Assembly: GCA_038851325.1 (NCBI GenBank)
Contig: JAWCKZ010000014.1
Coordinates: forward strand, 1-18,217
Length of the DNA: 18,217 bases
Reading direction: 5' to 3'
Source: Candidatus Bilamarchaeaceae archaeon
GTDB lineage: Archaea > Micrarchaeota > Micrarchaeia > Anstonellales > Bilamarchaeaceae
Part shown: positions 13,658 through 18,217 of the stretch, piece by piece
How positions within the stretch are numbered: the stretch's first letter is position 1
Layout of the letters: each line of letters opens with the position of its first letter
Position numbers and translations under genes: made by a program
Notes under the pieces: model-generated
Told to the model about the DNA's origin: nothing
Database searches by the model: none
What the model saw: only the letters and a program-made list of their open reading frames with translations

Positions 13658-15064
13658 ATGAAAATAAAATACGAAAGTACGGCAGAGATAGCCCTTCCAA
13701 AAGATCCTTTTGAGCGAATAATCGGGCAGGAGCACGCAGTTGAGATGGCTAAGATTATCCCAATTCAGAGAAGACATCTCCTCCTTGTGGGTCCTCCTGG
13801 GACCGGTAAAAGTATGATTGCACAGGCAATAGCAAGCGTGCTACCAAAACCGAGGTATGAAATATCTGTCATTCATAATCCGCAAAGCGCAGAAAGGCCG
13901 ATTGTTGAGATAAGAACGGCTGAACAGATAGAAGAAGAACGAAAAGAAGAAGTGAGATACGGGCAGATTGTTTCTCCTCAGACGATACCAACATTTGTTG
14001 CGGAGAGACTCGGTTTCAGATGCAGAAGATGCGGTGGATTTAGTAGCCATTCAGAGCGCTTATGTCCGTACTGCGCGGCGGATAAGTATTTTCCTGGACC
14101 GTTCGAAAGGCCTTCTGAAGCAAATGGAAGACAGAGCGTAGCAACAACTAGACAAAGGTTCGATGGAAAAACGGAAATAATAGTCTACGAGAGAGATGAA
14201 AATGGTAACGTTATTATGCTTACGCACGAAGAGTTGAAAAAACTTGAAGAGAAGAAAAAGAAAAAGAGGAATGTTATAGTACCACTTAACAGACCTACAT
14301 TTGTCCAGTGCAGCGGAGCGACAGAGACGGAATTGCTTGGTGATATACGTCATGACCCTTACGGCGGTCATGAGGGCCTTGGCACGCCTGCTTACATGCG
14401 AGTCATACCTGGTGCTGTTCACGAAGCGCATGAAGGAGTACTCTTTGTAGACGAACTTTCTACACTAGGTGAGACTCAGCGTTATCTGTTAACAGCGATG
14501 CAGGATAAGCATTTTCCAATAACTGGGCATAATCCAATGAGCAGCGGGGCGGCTGTTCGAGTGGAGGGCGTCCCGTGCGATTTTATATTCGTGGGTGCGA
14601 CTAACATAAACGACCTTAGATATATAATTCCACCATTCAGGTCAAGGATACGCGGCGATGGTTATGAGATACTGATGAACATCTGGATGGAAGAAAACAA
14701 CAAAAATATAGAGAAGATGGTGCGATTCATCGCACAGGAGATAGAAAAAGATGGAAAGATACCGCATGCAGACAAAGGTGCTATCGAAGAGATAATAAAA
14801 GAATCAAGAAGGATAGCAAAGGAGATTGATGGTGCGAATGGTCTTACGCTCAGACTTAGAAATCTTTCAGGAATAATAAAGATGGCTGGTGATAAGGCAA
14901 AAAAAGAACAGAAGGCGTTCATCGAGCGGGATGACATTATTTTTGCGTTAAAGGTTGCCAGACCAGTGGAGGAGCAGCTCAAAGAGAAATACGGGAACTG
15001 GTGGAAAAGCGGAATTGCTGATTATGGAATTGAGGATAGCAGGGCTGGCACAGAAACAGCATAA
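13658..15064 (+). CDS. LonB-type AAA+ ATPase lacking the protease domain, with a C4 zinc-finger insert, 468 aa
   Basis: IIGQEHA, Walker A GPPGTGKS, LLGDIRHDPYGG, PGAVHEAHEGVLFVDE (Walker B), VPCDF, LTLRLRNL. It ends soon after the lid domain with no GDSAS catalytic motif. Start moved to ATG 13658 (GAGG SD); the ORF-track extension is intergenic and overlaps the divergent gene. Confidence 0.88.
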   Translation: MKIKYESTAEIALPKDPFERIIGQEHAVEMAKIIPIQRRHLLLVGPPGTGKSMIAQAIASVLPKPRYEISVIHNPQSAERPIVEIRTAEQIEEERKEEVRYGQIVSPQTIPTFVAERLGFRCRRCGGFSSHSERLCPYCAADKYFPGPFERPSEANGRQSVATTRQRFDGKTEIIVYERDENGNVIMLTHEELKKLEEKKKKKRNVIVPLNRPTFVQCSGATETELLGDIRHDPYGGHEGLGTPAYMRVIPGAVHEAHEGVLFVDELSTLGETQRYLLTAMQDKHFPITGHNPMSSGAAVRVEGVPCDFIFVGATNINDLRYIIPPFRSRIRGDGYEILMNIWMEENNKNIEKMVRFIAQEIEKDGKIPHADKGAIEEIIKESRRIAKEIDGANGLTLRLRNLSGIIKMAGDKAKKEQKAFIERDDIIFALKVARPVEEQLKEKYGNWWKSGIADYGIEDSRAGTETA

Positions 15065-15198
15065 GAGTTTAAACTGGGCGCAACGAAAATGAATGTTTTA
15101 TTTTGCGAATATGCGTTTGAAGCGATCTTTATCTTGTCGATTGAAGATTCTATGTCATAGGTAGTTCTTAGACCGTTACGAAACAGTATAGAAGGATA

Positions 15199-18100
15199 CT
15201 ATCTCTTTCTGAACTTGAACTGCTCTATCTTTCTTCTGTACAACACGTACCCTATTCCGATTATTAGCAATAATACGCCGAGTAACCAGCACCAACTCTT
15301 AGCCAACTCTTCCCACCACGCTAGCTTCTCCTCTTCCGGAACCACATGTTTTAGTGCACTTACATTAACGCTTGCCATCATTTCTTCATCTCTCAGCAGT
15401 GAAAGGGTGTAAAGTCCTTCTGATTCAAGTCTAAATCTTACATAACCGTGTTCGTCGGTTTGAATTTGGGTTCTCTTTCCGGTCGGGTCTATCAGCGTTA
15501 GCGTATAGCTCCCTTCTGGGAAGACTCTTGCTACATGTTCATCTCCTATAAATCCAGTGCTATTCGTCTCTATCCTGTAAAGTGGCGGGATGCATGTATG
15601 CTCCTTGCAGACATACCCTGTTGGACAGTCGGTATCGTTGCAGCATTCATAATCGAACCAGGCGTGGTTTGCAATGTAGCCGCATTCGCCAGGCTGTATT
15701 TTTACACATTTTCCGTCAGTGCAGCGCTCGTCAAATGCGCAATCATCGTCAACCTCGCATTCTACTCTTGGAACACAGACATGGTTATCGCACCTGTACC
15801 CTTCTGCGCAGTCTCTGTCAGAGCAGCAATCGTATGGGTAGCATGTATGATCCGCCACATAGCCGCATTCGCATGGAACAGGCAGGCACGTACCCATTGC
15901 AAGATGGGTAGCGTATCCTGGCAGTTCGCAGTACTCTGTGGGTTTGCAGTCATCGTTATTGAAGCAGCCGCACATTGTGTAGTCAAATTCATAGTCTGCT
16001 TCTGAGCAATAATCATCACTTCCTCCGTCAACCCAGAGCACATAATGGCCTTGCCTTGGAAGAGTGAAGGTCGTCATACCTGATTTATCCGTGAATTTCA
16101 CATCAGACCATGGCCACGGCCCTTCGATTACAATCCGGGCACCGCTTATTGGAGTGCCGTCTTCCTGAACTATGAATGCAACTGCATTCTCAGGACATTC
16201 TATTCCTGTCATTCCGATGCTTACCTTTATGCATTTTTCTTTTTTAGACGGCTTTGAGGGGGGTGGAGCTGCAGCCGAGACATTAAGCGCATAGCCTGAG
16301 AAACTGGCTACTCCGAAGTTCGCAACATTTCCGCCGCAGGTTAGGTAAGTTGGCGTTATGTTTGTACCAGTTGCAAGTATCGTCGCTCTGTCTGGTGGGA
16401 AACCTGGTGCCTTATAAACCTTCACACCAGTGCAGCTTGTTGTCCTAAGCCATATATCTGCTGTCGTATTGAAATCCTGCAGAACAGAGTCATCCAATGA
16501 TATGAAATCATCTCCAAGAAGGAAGTTTGTGTTGTTCAAAGGTACATTTGCAGAGGCAGTGGTTATATTGACAATTGGGAAGTGCACTCGACCATAGTCG
16601 ATGCTGTAATTTCGCATTAAATAGAGGTCTGTGATATTCGTTCCATCAGCAAATGCAACGTATTCCTGCTCTGGAGTATTTGTCTCCTCAATCGCTAACC
16701 AGTTTATATTGCCTTCCCCGGATATCTCGAACAGAGTATTATCATGCACATTTAGCGCTCTGGTAAGTACTGTATTGTTGGATGACAATATATACACACC
16801 GTAAGTGTTTTGATAAAACTCATTACCAGTGTATTGCGGATTTGCAGTGTTGAAACCATCCGTTAAAACAAGGACTAAGCCGATCGCAGTATTTGTACTG
16901 CCATTGTTATTCTGGAATATTGTCGGAATAGAATTAAATGCAAATCCAAAGCCGTTATTGTAGGCGGTATTGTTTACAACCGTATCTCCGGCGGTGGTCA
17001 CAAGCACAAGACCCGCCTGTACGTTATCGTGGAGGATGTTGTTGCGTACGTTATTGTTGCTGCTACTTTGAATGTTTAATCCGTCTAACGTATTGTTATA
17101 GATCTCATTTCCAGAGATCGTGTTACTGTCTGAGCCACTGTTTATCATAATACCAGTATTGGAGTTGTTATAGATACGGTTGTTAGTAATCCAGTTTGAA
17201 TCGCTCGCATCCATACTAATTCCATTGGTATTGTTATAGACAACATTGTCTGTTATGTTGGTGTAGAGTGCATACTGGAAGTCCATGGCACTGCCGCCGG
17301 TAAAGTCATGTATCGTATTATTTCTTACGGTATTGTAGGTGACATTCGTAGATGCAGCCCAGATTGATATTCCGTTTTGCCCGCCAACCAATAAATTATC
17401 GTATATTTTGTTATAATCACTGCCTTCACTAAACCAGATTGCAACAGATGCGCCCGAAGTATCGAGAATATCGTTTGCTGCGATTACATTGTTGTCTGAG
17501 TCGACAGCGTATATACCCCTTATATTGCTATTTGTAATATTATTTCTGGTTATATTGTTATAATCACTGTGATATTCCATATAAATACCGAAATTGTTAG
17601 AACTTATAGCGTTGTTAGTGATGTTGTTGTTCTCTCCGTGATAGATGTAAAAGCCACGGTTGAGATTATTTGAAACTATGTTGTCTGCGAAAATGTTGTC
17701 GGAGGTCCAATGAATCACTATACCTGCAAAATTGTTGTTACTTGCATTATTGTTCAGCACTCTATTGTCTGTGGCGCCGGTAGAGATGTTAAAACCAACC
17801 AGATTTAGATATGCACTATTATTAGTCAAATTATTATAGGTAGAGCCAAAAAGATAGAAACCTTCCTTGTTGTTAAATGCGATGTTTGATGTTACGTTGC
17901 CGTAACCACAGCTGTTAAAATCAAATCCACGAACAGCGCTATCGTGAGCTATGTTTGAAATGAAGGTGTTGCCCGGTGCAGCGTCACAATAGAAACCGGC
18001 CCCGCGGGCGTTGGATGCGTTGTTAAACGAAATTGTATTGTTCGTACTTCCACCTGAAATTTTGAACGCGCCTGAGTTGTTGTATGCTATGTTGAATGAG

Positions 18101-18217
18101 AGGACGTTGTTGTTTGAGTTGTCCAATTGTATTCCCAAGTCGCTGTTAGATACATTATTGCCTGTTATATTGTTATTGTTTGAGTTGGAGAACATAACGT
18201 CCCAATTAAGGGGATGG
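15199..18217 (-). CDS. Large cell-surface protein (5' end outside window): NosD/PbH1 parallel beta-helix repeats, Ig-like and Cys-rich modules, C-terminal TM anchor
   Basis: Repeats such as SNNNNITGNNVSN..GI.L, Cys modules CxxDxDC..G..C..HxC, TM WCWLLGVLLLIIGIGYVLY plus a basic tail. The frame stays open from 18195 to the window end. Confidence 0.9.
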   Translation of the reverse strand, partial: HPLNWDVMFSNSNNNNITGNNVSNSDLGIQLDNSNNNVLSFNIAYNNSGAFKISGGSTNNTISFNNASNARGAGFYCDAAPGNTFISNIAHDSAVRGFDFNSCGYGNVTSNIAFNNKEGFYLFGSTYNNLTNNSAYLNLVGFNISTGATDNRVLNNNASNNNFAGIVIHWTSDNIFADNIVSNNLNRGFYIYHGENNNITNNAISSNNFGIYMEYHSDYNNITRNNITNSNIRGIYAVDSDNNVIAANDILDTSGASVAIWFSEGSDYNKIYDNLLVGGQNGISIWAASTNVTYNTVRNNTIHDFTGGSAMDFQYALYTNITDNVVYNNTNGISMDASDSNWITNNRIYNNSNTGIMINSGSDSNTISGNEIYNNTLDGLNIQSSSNNNVRNNILHDNVQAGLVLVTTAGDTVVNNTAYNNGFGFAFNSIPTIFQNNNGSTNTAIGLVLVLTDGFNTANPQYTGNEFYQNTYGVYILSSNNTVLTRALNVHDNTLFEISGEGNINWLAIEETNTPEQEYVAFADGTNITDLYLMRNYSIDYGRVHFPIVNITTASANVPLNNTNFLLGDDFISLDDSVLQDFNTTADIWLRTTSCTGVKVYKAPGFPPDRATILATGTNITPTYLTCGGNVANFGVASFSGYALNVSAAAPPPSKPSKKEKCIKVSIGMTGIECPENAVAFIVQEDGTPISGARIVIEGPWPWSDVKFTDKSGMTTFTLPRQGHYVLWVDGGSDDYCSEADYEFDYTMCGCFNNDDCKPTEYCELPGYATHLAMGTCLPVPCECGYVADHTCYPYDCCSDRDCAEGYRCDNHVCVPRVECEVDDDCAFDERCTDGKCVKIQPGECGYIANHAWFDYECCNDTDCPTGYVCKEHTCIPPLYRIETNSTGFIGDEHVARVFPEGSYTLTLIDPTGKRTQIQTDEHGYVRFRLESEGLYTLSLLRDEEMMASVNVSALKHVVPEEEKLAWWEELAKSWCWLLGVLLLIIGIGYVLYRRKIEQFKFRKR

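Noticed and set aside
15022..15198. Amber read-through extension of the beta-helix protein (frame stays open for 58 codons after TAG)
   Set aside because: The protein already ends in a normal TM plus basic tail, the extension has no recognisable features and runs antisense into the Lon-like gene, and there is no sign of recoding machinery.
1016..17150. Remaining short ORF-track entries nested in or antisense to the long genes
   Set aside because: They overlap well-supported CDSs or tRNA genes and show no independent motifs or start signals.

Overview
Archaeal chromosomal window. tRNA genes lack encoded CCA and carry BHB-type introns, TATA boxes precede leaderless starts, and it encodes an S-layer-like protein, a Dpo4 with a PIP box and a LonB-type ATPase. 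The overall picture suggests a DPANN lineage such as Micrarchaeota, which is inference only. Left part (1-6700): tandem hairpin repeats, five tRNA genes (Thr-CGT, Ser-TGA, Leu-TAG, Leu-TAA, Ile-GAT) holding five introns in total, bacterial-type glyA, a stand-alone mre11, DUF373 fused to a PRC-barrel-like domain, dinB, a doubly inactivated RelBE-like toxin-antitoxin pair, and an inverted-repeat-bounded non-coding element. Right part: mostly membrane-anchored surface proteins (S-layer-like, Cys-rich repeat proteins, a GILT-like thioredoxin lipoprotein, a beta-helix protein running off the window), plus a YdjM-like hydrolase and a protease-less, zinc-finger LonB-type ATPase. The most striking structure is a symmetric divergent unit around one shared TATA element (3460-3469). 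Leftward, mre11 ends inside a 214-nt two-intron tRNA-Leu(TAA) gene that supplies its stop codon. Rightward, an unannotated 26-aa transmembrane ORF fills the whole 5' leader of tRNA-Ile. All calls come from reading the sequence by eye; no searches were run.
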